Below the pieces are notes generated by a model. The model was not told the origin of the DNA and searched no databases. It saw only the letters and a list, made by a program, of their open reading frames with translations. From contig CBDCWI010000002.1 of assembly GCA_965223325.1 (NCBI GenBank), positions 1,408,001 to 1,472,000 on the forward strand: a stretch of 64,000 bases of DNA, in the 5' to 3' direction. Both the position numbers and the translations under genes were made by a program. The number at the start of each line of letters is the position of its first letter. The first letter of the stretch is position 1. Origin of the DNA: Candidatus Multivoradales bacterium. Its GTDB lineage: Bacteria; Acidobacteriota; Thermoanaerobaculia; Multivoradales; Multivoraceae. Shown here in pieces: positions 1 to 10,572 of the stretch.

Positions 1-1
1 C

Positions 2-985
2 CTCGGCTACCGCACGGCGTTTCTGCAAACCGCCAAGAGCACCTTCGAGAATCGCCCGGGGCTGGTGCGCAATCTCGGTTTCGAAAACGCCGCCTTTCGC
101 GAAACGGTCGCGCGCGAGGGCTTCGACGAAGTCGGCTATCTGGGAGTCGAGGACCGCGCCCTGATCGAACCCGCGCTCGCCTGGACGCGAGCGGCTGGCG
201 ACAACCCCTGGTTCTTGACCCTCTTGACCCTGACGCCGCACCACCCCTACGAGACTCCCGAGATGGCGGCCGAAGGCGTTGGTTTCGATCCCACCCTACC
301 CTCTTACCATCGCACCCTCGAGTATCAGGATCAGTTCCTCGCCGATCTGTTCGCGGACCTCGAAGCGGGTGGTGCTCTCCTGAACACCCTGGTTGTTCTG
401 ATCGGCGACCACGGAGAGGCCTTCGGTGAGCACGCGCGCCGCGAGCACGACGCCGTGCCCTGGCCGGAGGCGGCACACGTACCGCTCTACCTCTGGGGTT
501 CGCCGCTCGCCGGTCGTCCACAGCGCGTTTCAGGTCTACGCAGTGTGCACGACGTCATGCCTACGGTGCTCGACCTGTTCGACATCGAGTGGCAGGGGAC
601 GCTCCGCGGTCAGACGGTCTTCGGGCCCGCCCACGAGCGGGTTTTTACCTGGTGTTGGTACAGCCGCTTCTGCGGCGCGATGCGCACCGGACCCCTGTCG
701 GTCGTCTACCACTTTGATCGCCTGCCCACCGAGCTCTACGATCGCAAGAGTGACCCGCTAGAGCTCACCAACGTCGCGCCTGGCGTCGACGCCGCATCGA
801 TTCGAGCTCTCGAGAGTCGCCTCCTGGCACACTGGTACTCGGTCAACGGCTTCTGGCAACACCAGGCGCCACCGAGCAGCCCGGACGAGCTGTGGTGGGC
901 CAGTAGCGCCCCCACGCCGGCAGACGGCGACCCCGCTCGCCGCTCCAACGACGCCTCTCTCCCGTCAGCGCCCGACCCCTTCTGA
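2..985 (+). CDS. Sulfatase / LTA-synthase-like alkaline-phosphatase superfamily protein (5' truncated)
   Basis: Frame is open from the window edge (LGYRTAFLQTAKSTFENRPGL...). Motifs TPHHPY, VVLIGDHGEAFGEH, HVPLYLW and ELYDRKSDPLELTN are typical of the family. Confidence 0.8.
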   Translation, partial: LGYRTAFLQTAKSTFENRPGLVRNLGFENAAFRETVAREGFDEVGYLGVEDRALIEPALAWTRAAGDNPWFLTLLTLTPHHPYETPEMAAEGVGFDPTLPSYHRTLEYQDQFLADLFADLEAGGALLNTLVVLIGDHGEAFGEHARREHDAVPWPEAAHVPLYLWGSPLAGRPQRVSGLRSVHDVMPTVLDLFDIEWQGTLRGQTVFGPAHERVFTWCWYSRFCGAMRTGPLSVVYHFDRLPTELYDRKSDPLELTNVAPGVDAASIRALESRLLAHWYSVNGFWQHQAPPSSPDELWWASSAPTPADGDPARRSNDASLPSAPDPF

Positions 986-2509
986 CCAGCGCGCCACGTC
1001 GCCGCTCTCTAGACCATCGGTGAAGATCAGAGCCGACGGGCTCACGGTCCACACGAAGCCGGCTTCGGTGCTGCCGGCGCTCTCGGTTACGGTCACTGCG
1101 ACGGTGTGAACACCAACCGCGCCGTTGGTCGGTCGACCGCTGATCACGCCATTCGCTGGGTCGATCGAAAGCCCGGCAGGTAGGCCAGTCGCGCTGTAGG
1201 AGAGAGGCTCGCCCTCGGGATCGGTGGCAACCACCTGGACCAGAACGTAGTCGCCGGCGGCGTCGCCCTGTGCCCCGGGCGAAACAATCGAAGCCGGCAG
1301 GTTGCCGGCCGCCTCGGCAGTCCAGTCGCGAGGACGAAGATCAAACGAGTTCCAGTGCGAGTACATCCAGACGTCGTCTTCATCTCGCGGAACATGATGA
1401 AAGGAAAGACCGACCCACACCACCGGGTCCTGCCCGACCAGACTCTCGCCGTTTCTGAAGTCCGCGAGGTCGGAACCGCAGATGGTGCCCCGCGCCGGGG
1501 TGACGAGGTTGTGCGACGCGAAGCGCTCACAGGCGCGCCACCGGGTGAACCAGAGATCGTGCTCGGTGAAGGGCTCGTAGGAAGGGCCAACGCTTCGGTG
1601 CCCGAAGTGCGTCGGCACGATCTCGTAGGACGGCGAGTGACCATCGGCGTTCGTGGTGCCGAGGTCGGTAACTCGCCAGGTGCGGAGAGCATCGGGTTCG
1701 ATCGAGCGCGCGATCTCGGTATCGAAGCGCTCTACTGAAATCGTCCGGGTGCGGTTGTTGGCATCGGGTGTCGCGTCGATCTCTTCGATCACATCGTCCG
1801 ACCCGTCATCGCCGAGGTCGAAATCGAGGCGCCAGAAAAAATTGTGAACGTGGGAGATCGCAATGCGTACGAAGTCGTCGTCGATCGACCAACCGTGGAT
1901 CTCGTCGGCAGGTTCGTCCGTGACCCGCTGCAGGCGCCCGGTGGCACCCATGCCCACTTCGATCGAACCGTCGTCGCGAAACGTCCAACGAGGAATGTAG
2001 TTGTAGGCACCGATGCCGCTGATCGAGAAGATCACCAATTGCTCACGCGCCGCCCCACCACCGTCGAAGAGCATGCGCGGCTCGCGCGCTTCTTGGTAGT
2101 GACAAACGACGTCCTTGTCGGTTGACAGCGAGTCGGTGAACGGAATCAACGTACCCGGGCAGTTGTCTTGATCGATCGACACCAGCCGTTTGTCGCCGAT
2201 TCCGAAGTCTGAAAGGTCGTGAAAGCGGGCGCCGTTGTCGTCGTAGGGGACATGGATCTGCGCCAGCCCGGCCTGGGTGAACACCCGCCGGCGCTCACCG
2301 GGCGCACTCGAAAAGTACACCTCCTCGAGGAGGACACCTTCGCGGGGATCGTGCGACACGCAGAGGTCCCAGCCCGTTCCGTTGTCGAAGGTGTAGTCGA
2401 GGCGCCAGTTCCCGGTGCACGGTTGCCCACTCGCCCCCGTTCCGACCAGAGACAACAGAACGGCCAGCAGAGGAGCCCGAAGGGAACGCCCGGACTTCGT
2501 AGCGGCCAC
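965..2509 (-). CDS. Exported copper amine oxidase, catalytic domain only, plus He_PIG/Ig domain and IFxDGLE tail
   Basis: Signal peptide; REGVLL; HVPYDD..FHDLSDFG (catalytic Asp); SGIGAYNYI (TPQ-precursor Tyr); Cu ligands HVH and HHVPRDED; Ig repeat ATDPEGEPLSYSATGLPAGLSID. Confidence 0.85.
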   Translation of the reverse strand: MAATKSGRSLRAPLLAVLLSLVGTGASGQPCTGNWRLDYTFDNGTGWDLCVSHDPREGVLLEEVYFSSAPGERRRVFTQAGLAQIHVPYDDNGARFHDLSDFGIGDKRLVSIDQDNCPGTLIPFTDSLSTDKDVVCHYQEAREPRMLFDGGGAAREQLVIFSISGIGAYNYIPRWTFRDDGSIEVGMGATGRLQRVTDEPADEIHGWSIDDDFVRIAISHVHNFFWRLDFDLGDDGSDDVIEEIDATPDANNRTRTISVERFDTEIARSIEPDALRTWRVTDLGTTNADGHSPSYEIVPTHFGHRSVGPSYEPFTEHDLWFTRWRACERFASHNLVTPARGTICGSDLADFRNGESLVGQDPVVWVGLSFHHVPRDEDDVWMYSHWNSFDLRPRDWTAEAAGNLPASIVSPGAQGDAAGDYVLVQVVATDPEGEPLSYSATGLPAGLSIDPANGVISGRPTNGAVGVHTVAVTVTESAGSTEAGFVWTVSPSALIFTDGLESGDVARWSEGVGR

Positions 2510-2511
2510 CC

Positions 2512-3750
2512 TCAGGGCTCTCCCTGTCTGCGGGTCGGGTCGAATGGGTTCTCGTACGTCCAGTCGCGTGGCAGAAGGGTGTAGCCGTACCAGTCGATCG
2601 GCTCACGATAGGCGCTCTCGTCTCGAGGCAGATGATGCCAACTCAACTTGTACCAGAGCACCGGATCGCCGTTCTCGAGATCGCCCGCGTCGATGTAGTC
2701 CGGCAACGACGCCCCGCAGCCACCGACAGTAGAATTGCCGAACGCCAGGCGCTCGCAACTGGTCTCGACGGTGGCCCAGAACGCCGCCTCGGTCCAGGGC
2801 TCGGCAGCCAGCCCGACGAAACGATGGCCTACCGCCAGCGGCTCGAGATGGTAGGAGCGAGCATGGCCCTCGCTGTTGTCCTGGCCGCCGTCGAGGAGCC
2901 GCCATGAGCGCTTCCGCTCGAGGTCGACGGTGGCAAATGCCTCGCTCGTCCAGGCATCCAGCTGCCGTGTGTAGAGCTCACGGTCGAGATTGGGCTCGAG
3001 CTCCAGCTCTTCGACGGTGTCGTCTGCGCCCGAGGTTCCGAGGTCGAGATCGATGCGCCACCAGGACGAAACCGTTGAAGCAACCCCAATGGTTCCGACG
3101 GCATCGATAGGCCAGCCGGCCGTGCTGTCGGATCCGGTTTCGGTGAGCAGGCCACCGCTACCGAGAGCCGGCTCGATCACGCCGTCGTCGTGCAGACGAA
3201 AGCGCACCACCCAGGTTCGACCGGCAAGTTGCGAGGCAGACCAGAGCTCGAGCCACTCGCCCTGACGCTCGGAGCCGTAGTACTGGAGCATCGGGCCGCG
3301 CCACTGCACGCGGTGGCAGGCGTTCGCTTGTGCTCCACCCGGAGCGTTCTGTGCCATGAGCGAACCGCCTGCGCAGTCCTCGGCTCGTAGGGTCAAGGCG
3401 CCACTGGCCAGGCCAGCGGCCGACAAGAGCCCCTCGCGCGAACGATCGTCGTGGAACACCACTTCGATCTGCGCCAGTCCCAAGCGATCGACGACGCGAT
3501 GCTCTGAGCCCCCCGGAAGGGTCAAGCGGGCGTCAACCAACTGCAGGCCCTCTTGATCCGCCAACTCGAGGCAACCGCGCCAGCGCGAACCTGCCTCGAA
3601 GGTCACGTCGAACTGCTGTGCTGGTGCACAGTTGAGCTCCTGGGCGGCGACCGCCTGCCCCGGCAGCAGAGGGCCCAACGACAACACGCCGACCAGGGCG
3701 CAGAATGGCCAGCTAGCAAAAGAACGACGTTCCAGCGACACAGCTCTCAC
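2512..3750 (-). CDS. Exported copper amine oxidase catalytic-domain paralogue, predicted inactive
   Basis: Colinear with 965..2509 (EGLQL, LAQIEV, WRIDLDLG..GADD, DPVLW, HHLPRDE, LLPRDWT), but the TPQ Tyr, catalytic Asp and HxH are missing. Confidence 0.8.
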   Translation of the reverse strand: MRAVSLERRSFASWPFCALVGVLSLGPLLPGQAVAAQELNCAPAQQFDVTFEAGSRWRGCLELADQEGLQLVDARLTLPGGSEHRVVDRLGLAQIEVVFHDDRSREGLLSAAGLASGALTLRAEDCAGGSLMAQNAPGGAQANACHRVQWRGPMLQYYGSERQGEWLELWSASQLAGRTWVVRFRLHDDGVIEPALGSGGLLTETGSDSTAGWPIDAVGTIGVASTVSSWWRIDLDLGTSGADDTVEELELEPNLDRELYTRQLDAWTSEAFATVDLERKRSWRLLDGGQDNSEGHARSYHLEPLAVGHRFVGLAAEPWTEAAFWATVETSCERLAFGNSTVGGCGASLPDYIDAGDLENGDPVLWYKLSWHHLPRDESAYREPIDWYGYTLLPRDWTYENPFDPTRRQGEP

Positions 3751-4616
3751 GGTCGCGCACCGGCTGGGTGCACGTGGTCGGCGTTCGCCGGGGAAGCAGC
3801 GCGAACTCGCCGCTCGAGCTCGAGGACCTCGCCAGTCGAGAGATTGACCACCGGCAAGACGCCCAGCGCCAGGCGTTCGGCGACCCCGGCGGTCGCCTCG
3901 CGGGCGTAGATCACCAGTTGCGCGCAGCGCTCGAGACCACAGCTCTTGGCTCCGCTGCTGCGCGTGGGCATCGCATCGGCGCGGAAGATGAACGCCTTGA
4001 CATTGAGCAGCGAGGCGTTCTGGAGAGCCTCGCCGGTGCCGAGCCGGTAGCGCTCACGGATGACGCGGCGGGTTGGACCGTCGGCGAGCGCCAGGTCGAG
4101 AGCCCGACGCGACTCCCTCTCGGTGAGCGGCAGCTGTGCACCACGAGTCTCGAAGTGATCGTAGAGCGCTGGGTCTCGACCCTCGGTCAGGCTGACCGTC
4201 AGCCTGTGGGTGATGTCGCGTGGGTACTCATAGACCCACACCACGGCACGACGCGGGCGCGCGCTGCGGTTCCTGGCCTTTCTCCCTGCCGGCCAACGCT
4301 CGGTTTCAACCAGCAGCAACTCGTAGCCCGGCAGGGCAGCCAGGAACTCCTCGAGGTCTGCGGGCGGGTTGGCCCGTACGGCCGTGGGAAGAAGCTCTTC
4401 GAGAGCCGACCGACTCGCTGCGCGGCGCTCCTCCGGGCTCAACGGGTCGAGCGCCCCCTTGGCACCGACCGATCGAGCACTCGTTGATCGGGCGTTCTCC
4501 TCTCGACCTTCGGGAGTGAGTGCCTGGGTCTCGCCTCGGGCGGCCAGGAGCGCGCCTCCGATCGCAAGAGCCAGCGCAAAGCGCCACCAGGGGCACAGGA
4601 TTCGAGGTCCCATCAT
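3747..4616 (-). CDS. Exported protein resembling the amine oxidase N2/N3 domains
   Basis: Signal peptide. LDPLSPEE, RRAVVWVY and QLPLTERE resemble CAO N2/N3 hallmarks. Stop overlaps the next start (GTGA). Start set at ATG 4616. Confidence 0.6.
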   Translation of the reverse strand: MMGPRILCPWWRFALALAIGGALLAARGETQALTPEGREENARSTSARSVGAKGALDPLSPEERRAASRSALEELLPTAVRANPPADLEEFLAALPGYELLLVETERWPAGRKARNRSARPRRAVVWVYEYPRDITHRLTVSLTEGRDPALYDHFETRGAQLPLTERESRRALDLALADGPTRRVIRERYRLGTGEALQNASLLNVKAFIFRADAMPTRSSGAKSCGLERCAQLVIYAREATAGVAERLALGVLPVVNLSTGEVLELERRVRAASPANADHVHPAGARP

Positions 4617-4732
4617 CTCTCTATTGTATTCGCCAATGGCTTTCTGTGCCGGAACGAAAGGCACCCCGCAGCCCCCTCGAAAGGGGTCCACGGGGCGCAT
4701 TCGAGGCCTTCAACGGAAGGGGCCGAAGAGCC

Positions 4733-6868
4733 CTAGACCGGCAGGCGCTGCATCCGGCGCCAGGCGAGCCCCCCTAGCACCATCACCAGGAGGATGAGTC
4801 CCCACACATCGAGAGTGGGAATCGGGTAGACACCGATCGGCCCGTCACCCTCGACCACTTCGGCGGTGTCATCGTCAGTGACGTCGGGAAGGCCCGGCAG
4901 GTCATCACCGTCCTGGTTCGACGGGTTGCCGACGGTGGTGGCGTCGTTGATGATGTTGCCCTGGATCGTCGACTCCCAGTAGTAGACGATCGACTCGCCG
5001 GGCGCGAGGGGTTCGCCGCCCGAGAGCAGCACCATGTCGGTCTGGTTCACGCCGTAGGTGTTGTCGACCAGAGTCACATCGTCGAGGTAGGTGGCTCCGG
5101 TATTGGTGATGACGAAGCAGAAGGTGACCGCATCACCGAGCTCGCCCTCGGCCAGTTCCGAACCCTCGCAGCTGGCACCATCGTCATAGCCGAGGTAGAC
5201 CGTCTTCTCGAGGTTGATGTCGGGCGTCGGAGTGACTGGATCGTCGCTCTCGGCCACCTCGGCGGTATCCGTGTCGGTGGGGTTGGGCAAACCGGGGATG
5301 TCGGACCCATCGGGGTTCGACGGGTCGCCCTCGGTGTTGGCAGTGTTGAGGATGTTGCCCTGAATCGTCGACGGCCAGGAGAGCAAGCGCGATTCACCCG
5401 GCGCGAGAATGCCCGGGACGTTGAACGTCTGACCGTAGGTTTCGTCTTCGACGACCACGTCACGCAGGTGGGTGGTGCCGGTGTTGGTGACGACGAAGCA
5501 GAAGGTGACCGGATCGCCGAGCTCGCCTTCGACGAACTCGACCGAACCGGCACAACCGGCATTGCCGTTCGTGCCGAGGTAGACCGTCTTCTCGAGCGAG
5601 ATGGCAGCGCTCACCACACGGACCGAGGCCGGGTCGGTGGCCTCCGGGTCATCGAGGCCCGGAAGATCGTTGCCGTCGCCACCCGTGGGGTTGCCCGTCG
5701 TCGAGGCGGTGTTGTCGAAGTCGACCGTTGCACCACCGGCAGGCGTGTACGAATAGGTCGCCGAAGCCCCGGGTGCCAGTGGCAGGCTTCCCGAAACCGG
5801 CGTCAGGTCGCTGATGTCGAGCCCCAGGGGATTGTCGTCGAGCGCCAGCGAGCTCAGGAAGACACCGCCAGTGTTGGTGACTTCGAAGCACCATGTGATC
5901 GGCGTGCCCGGTGCGACGGTGAGAATCTCGACGCCGGGGCATGCGTTGCCGTCGGTGCCGGCGACGATGGTCTTCTGCAGGTCGATCCCGGTAACGGCAC
6001 ATTCCAGCGTTTCGTAATCGAAACCCAGGGCGCTCAGATCGGCCAGCTGGACGCTCGTGCCGGTCGCTTTGTCGACGGAGAAGAAGCTGTTGTTGAGCCC
6101 CGCCGTGCCTTCGTCGCCAGTCGAGGCGAACATATTCCCGGAGCCGTCGATGGTCAGGCCTTCGACGTCCTTGACGCGCTCGGCGCCGGTCAGGAACGGA
6201 CCGATCGGCGTGGCGACACCGGTTACCCGATCGATCGTCACCAGCACGTCGTTGCGATCAACCCCTCCGCCAGCCTGGTTGGCCACACCGTAGAGGATGC
6301 CGGTCGTCGGATCGACGGCAATGTCATCGACGTCCATGACGCCTGAGACCGCACTCAGGTCGATGGGAATGCAGTCGCCGACGGGCTCGCCGCTGTTCGG
6401 GTTGACCGAGAAGAGGAAGTCCTCGCCGTTTTCATCGCGGCGATTGGCCAACAGCTGACCGGTAGTCGGGTCGAAGTCGAGGCCGTCGTTGTCGGAGGCC
6501 TGCTGACCGCCAGGGCAGGCACCCGCCGCACCAACCGACGTGAACTCGGCGGTGTTGGGGTCGACGCGGCCGAAGTTCTGGGCATCGTAGACCCACAGAG
6601 TCCCGGTTGCGAGGTCGAGCGCCGAAGACTCGATGTTGAAGGTCGCGGAGGTGGTACCGGCGATCACGATGCCACCCAGGTTGACCGGGCTCGAGCCGTC
6701 AGGCTCGACCTGTATCAGACCGTCGGGGCCGCCCTTGTTGTCGGCCACGAGGTAGCAGACGCCATCGGAAGTTTGAGCGCCAGCAACTCCAGCACCAAGA
6801 GTGAGAAGCAGTGCGGCCAGACCGGCCCAGCGGGCGGGCGGGATGGCAAGTATTCTGAGTCGGACCAT
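4733..6868 (-). CDS. Surface protein: beta-propeller plus three DUF11/DUF7507-like repeats and IPTL-CTERM
   Basis: Signal peptide; three repeats of IxLEKTVY...VTFCFVxTNTG; C-terminus PIPTLDVWGLILLVMVLGGLAWRRMQR. Confidence 0.8.
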   Translation of the reverse strand: MVRLRILAIPPARWAGLAALLLTLGAGVAGAQTSDGVCYLVADNKGGPDGLIQVEPDGSSPVNLGGIVIAGTTSATFNIESSALDLATGTLWVYDAQNFGRVDPNTAEFTSVGAAGACPGGQQASDNDGLDFDPTTGQLLANRRDENGEDFLFSVNPNSGEPVGDCIPIDLSAVSGVMDVDDIAVDPTTGILYGVANQAGGGVDRNDVLVTIDRVTGVATPIGPFLTGAERVKDVEGLTIDGSGNMFASTGDEGTAGLNNSFFSVDKATGTSVQLADLSALGFDYETLECAVTGIDLQKTIVAGTDGNACPGVEILTVAPGTPITWCFEVTNTGGVFLSSLALDDNPLGLDISDLTPVSGSLPLAPGASATYSYTPAGGATVDFDNTASTTGNPTGGDGNDLPGLDDPEATDPASVRVVSAAISLEKTVYLGTNGNAGCAGSVEFVEGELGDPVTFCFVVTNTGTTHLRDVVVEDETYGQTFNVPGILAPGESRLLSWPSTIQGNILNTANTEGDPSNPDGSDIPGLPNPTDTDTAEVAESDDPVTPTPDINLEKTVYLGYDDGASCEGSELAEGELGDAVTFCFVITNTGATYLDDVTLVDNTYGVNQTDMVLLSGGEPLAPGESIVYYWESTIQGNIINDATTVGNPSNQDGDDLPGLPDVTDDDTAEVVEGDGPIGVYPIPTLDVWGLILLVMVLGGLAWRRMQRLPV

Positions 6869-7366
6869 TGGTGTTCCCTCTTTCGTTCTCGTAGAAAATC
6901 CGTATGTCTGTGAGGCCGTCGGGCCCGTGCATCAGGGCGCGACGGCCACATCTCCAAAATCCTTCGTTGGGCAAACTCAGCGATTCGAAAAAGCGCGGAG
7001 CCCCTGCGGGGGATCGAAGACCTTGGCCATGACGGCGGGATCAGGGAACTCCTGATCAAGGCGACTGCAAGAGATCTGCCAGGGGGGACTCCACGAGGCC
7101 CTCCCAGCCGGAGCCGAAGGACTCCTTCACCAACGGAACGCTTGTCGTCTCGAATAGTGCATGGCCACACTACCATTGTTTCTCGGCCCGATCCGCCCAA
7201 ACCCCTTATTTCATTGCACTTAAAACTCTTCAAATAAAGTTTCCTTCAAAATCATCGCTGTGTCACAACGATTCAGACGGAGCGTTATCGTGCACCTCGA
7301 GCGACGCATCGCACTGGCAGTGCCGCCGCTATACTCTGCGCCCCATTCCACAGGAGACAAGACGAG

Positions 7367-7849
7367 ATGCCGATCGAAACCGGTCAACAGATCCCCGAAG
7401 CGACCCTCAAGACGCTGACCGCCGATGGCATGCAGGACGTCTCGTCGCGCGAACTCTTCGATGGCAAGAAGGTCGTGATGTTCGCAGTCCCTGGGGCGTT
7501 CACCCCCACCTGCCAGGACGTTCACCTCCCGGGCTTCATTGACAACCTCGATGCGATGCGCGAGAAGGGCGCCGACACCGTCGCCTGCGTCGCCGTCAAC
7601 GACCCCTTCGTGATGGCCGCCTGGCGCGAAGCGCGCGGCATTCCCGCTGACCTGCAGCTGCTCTCCGACGGCAATGGTGAATTTGCCGAGGCGCTCGGTC
7701 TGGTGCTCGACGCCACCCGCTTCGGAATGGGCAAGCGCTCGCGCCGCTACGCCGCCATCGTCGACGACGGAAAGCTCACCTACCTGGGCGTCGAAGAGGG
7801 CGGCGAGGTCTCGGTCTCGGGCGCCGACGCGGTGCTCGAAGCGCTCTAG
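7367..7849 (+). CDS. Peroxiredoxin, Prx5 / type II
   Basis: VPGAFTPTC, HLPGF, AVNDPFVM, RSRRYA; AGGAG RBS. Confidence 0.93.
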   Translation: MPIETGQQIPEATLKTLTADGMQDVSSRELFDGKKVVMFAVPGAFTPTCQDVHLPGFIDNLDAMREKGADTVACVAVNDPFVMAAWREARGIPADLQLLSDGNGEFAEALGLVLDATRFGMGKRSRRYAAIVDDGKLTYLGVEEGGEVSVSGADAVLEAL

Positions 7850-7855
7850 TACCCC

Positions 7856-8839
7856 GTGCCGGCAAAGCCTGAGCAGACGGTCAGCGACGAGGCGGTCATC
7901 GCGCCGCGCTCGCCGTGGTTGGAGTTCAGCCAGGAGGAGTGGGGACGCCTGCGGGCCGACACCCCGCTGACCCTGACCGAGGCCGACCTCGACCAGCTGC
8001 GCGGTATCAACGAGAGTGTGTCGATGGATGAGGTGGCGACCGTCTACCTCCCGCTGTCTCGCCTGCTCAATCTCTACGTCGCCGCTACTCAGGGTCTGTT
8101 CGATGCCACCGCGACCTTCCTGGGCAAGAACGAGGGCAAGGTGCCCTACGTCATCGCGGTTGCCGGTTCGGTCGCGGTTGGCAAGAGCACAACCGCCCGC
8201 ATCCTGCAGGCCCTCTTGAGTCGCTGGCCCAACACACCGGCTGTTTCGCTGGTGACCACAGACGGCTTTCTATGGCCCAACGCCAAGCTCGAGGCCGACG
8301 GCCTGATGCACCGCAAAGGGTTCCCCGAGAGCTTCGACGTGCGCCGCCTCGTCGACTTCGTTGCCAGCGTCAAGAGCGGCAACCGAGGGGTCACCTACCC
8401 GCTCTACTCCCACCTGAGCTACGACATCATCCCCGACAGGTTCGGCGTCGTCGACCGCCCCGACATCCTCATCCTCGAAGGATTGAACGTCCTTCAGCCC
8501 CCACCCACGACCGGTCCGGGGCATCCACCCCGCCGCCATCTCTCCGATCTCTTCGACTTTTCGATCTACGTCCACGCTGAGACCGCGGTCGTCGAAGAGT
8601 GGTACATCCAGCGCTTCTTGACCTTCCGCGAGACCGCCTTCCAATCCCCCGACGCCTACTTCCACCGCTACGCCCAGCTCAATCAGGAAGAGGCCATCGC
8701 AACCGCCAAGGGCATCTGGAAGAGCATCAACGAGATCAACCTCGAACAGAACATCATCGGAACCCGCGAGCGCGCCACCTTGATCCTCGAAAAGGCTGCC
8801 GACCACACGGTCACCCAGGTCAAGCTACGCCGGCTATGA
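7856..8839 (+). CDS. coaA: Type I pantothenate kinase
   Basis: [16 protein letters not shown] Walker [30 protein letters not shown]. Confidence 0.95.
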   Translation: MPAKPEQTVSDEAVIAPRSPWLEFSQEEWGRLRADTPLTLTEADLDQLRGINESVSMDEVATVYLPLSRLLNLYVAATQGLFDATATFLGKNEGKVPYVIAVAGSVAVGKSTTARILQALLSRWPNTPAVSLVTTDGFLWPNAKLEADGLMHRKGFPESFDVRRLVDFVASVKSGNRGVTYPLYSHLSYDIIPDRFGVVDRPDILILEGLNVLQPPPTTGPGHPPRRHLSDLFDFSIYVHAETAVVEEWYIQRFLTFRETAFQSPDAYFHRYAQLNQEEAIATAKGIWKSINEINLEQNIIGTRERATLILEKAADHTVTQVKLRRL

Positions 8840-10530
8840 CCGTCCGGTTCGCAGCTTGTATCACCATCGGCGCCTGCCTCTTTCTTTCTGTGCCTGGTGC
8901 CGGCGAGGAGTACCACGTCGCCCGCCAGGCTGGACAGGCTTCCGATGCAAATGACGGCCTGGCGCCGGTCTACCTGGGCGGCAACCACGGACCATGGGAG
9001 AGCCTCCACCACGCCAGCCAGGTCGCGACAGCCGGCGACACGGTCTGGATTCACGCCGGCGACTACCGCGGTGAAGTCACCGGCTGGGGTGGTGACGGCG
9101 TCATTCACGTCGACAACTCCGGGTCCCCGGGCGCTCCGATCCGCTTTCGCGCCGCCCCCGGCCCGCCGCCGCTCGTCCAACGCATGCTCATCCACGACCG
9201 AGAGTGGATCGAGATCGAGGGCCTGGCCTTCGAGAGCACCGAGTACGACCTCCCGGCCACCTGGCTCGACATGCCAATGATTACCGTAGACGACCCCACG
9301 GTGGTCATCGATCCCCGCGAAGACTGGTCAACCCGCGCCGCCAGGGTGCGCCAGAAGTACGCCACCTACACCGCCATGCAGGACTTCTTTCTGACCCAGT
9401 ACACCGTCGGAGTCGACGTGAAGAACTCACACCACGTCACCCTCCAGGGCAACTCGTTTCGCCTCTACACCTTTGGCGTCCAGATCCGCGGCGTCTCGAG
9501 CAACCTTCTGATTCAAGACAACAACTTCGATCACAACCACGACGGCATCTTCAGTTGGCTGCCCGAGCCCTCAATCAGCGACTCGATCATCCGCCGGAAC
9601 GTCATCCGCCACAGCTTCAACTCAGGTATCCAGATTCGCCAGCAGGCGACCTCGGTGGTCATTGCCTCGAACGACATTCGCTGGAGCGGCACCTCCCACA
9701 TCTCGCTTCTCGCCGACTCCGTCGACTGTTCGATCCGCGGCAACCGAGCCGTTTTCGGGGGGTACTACTCGGAGACCATGGAGTTCCCTGGAAGCTCGGC
9801 GATCAACGTCCACACCTCCGGCCCTGGAAACATCGTCGAGGGCAACCTCGCCGCCTACCAGAACGACCCCACCCTCGTCGACGGCAACGGCTACATCGCC
9901 GACTTGATGCGCCCGGACGGCACAGTGCTGTTTGTCAACAATGTCGCCTACCGCAACGTCGGCTCCGGCATCCGCACCGTCGAAACCCCAGGCTGCGTGA
10001 TCGTCCACAACACGCTGGTGGAAAACGGCTACGGCGCCGAGACCGCCTACGGTGGCGCCGGGGTCTACCTGGCGCGTTCACACGACACCCAAACGACGAT
10101 CGCCAACAACATCTTCAAGGGTCACACCTCTGCCTCGATCAAGAGTTGGTACACCGCCGACCAGCAGGCCGAGATCAACTTCAACCTCTTCGACGAGTCG
10201 CCCGGCATTCCGTTGCTCTGGGACGGAGGCGAGGGCGACAGGGCCTACTTCGACCTCCAATCCCTGCACGCCTCGACCGCTTGGGAAACGGAGGGAAGAG
10301 TAGCGAGCGCCCAGCTTGCAGACCATGCCGCCCTGGACTTCCATCTCACCTCCGCCAGCGCCGCGATAGACGGCGGACGCGCGGCACCCGAAGCCACCTC
10401 GGACTACAGCGGAATCCCGCGCCCGCGCGGCGATGCCCCTGACATGGGTGCCTTCGAGTACTGCCCAGACGGCTGCCAGCTGATCTTCCAGGACGGCTTC
10501 GAAGGCGGCGACATCGACGCCTGGCGCTAG
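8836..10530 (+). CDS. Exported right-handed parallel beta-helix protein with choice-of-anchor-Q-like end and IFQDGFE tail
   Basis: ATGA overlap with the coaA stop; signal peptide; [12 protein letters not shown]; Asn-ladder repeats; [13 protein letters not shown]...PDMGAFE. Confidence 0.75.
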   Translation: MTVRFAACITIGACLFLSVPGAGEEYHVARQAGQASDANDGLAPVYLGGNHGPWESLHHASQVATAGDTVWIHAGDYRGEVTGWGGDGVIHVDNSGSPGAPIRFRAAPGPPPLVQRMLIHDREWIEIEGLAFESTEYDLPATWLDMPMITVDDPTVVIDPREDWSTRAARVRQKYATYTAMQDFFLTQYTVGVDVKNSHHVTLQGNSFRLYTFGVQIRGVSSNLLIQDNNFDHNHDGIFSWLPEPSISDSIIRRNVIRHSFNSGIQIRQQATSVVIASNDIRWSGTSHISLLADSVDCSIRGNRAVFGGYYSETMEFPGSSAINVHTSGPGNIVEGNLAAYQNDPTLVDGNGYIADLMRPDGTVLFVNNVAYRNVGSGIRTVETPGCVIVHNTLVENGYGAETAYGGAGVYLARSHDTQTTIANNIFKGHTSASIKSWYTADQQAEINFNLFDESPGIPLLWDGGEGDRAYFDLQSLHASTAWETEGRVASAQLADHAALDFHLTSASAAIDGGRAAPEATSDYSGIPRPRGDAPDMGAFEYCPDGCQLIFQDGFEGGDIDAWR

Positions 10531-10572
10531 ATCACAAGAACGGTCAAGACAGCCCGCCACCGATCGCAGACA

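Noticed and set aside
6968-7010. c-di-GMP-I riboswitch (GGGCAAAC...GAAA)
   Set aside because: Wrong strand for the adjacent gene, and the GACGCAAAG and P3 elements are missing.
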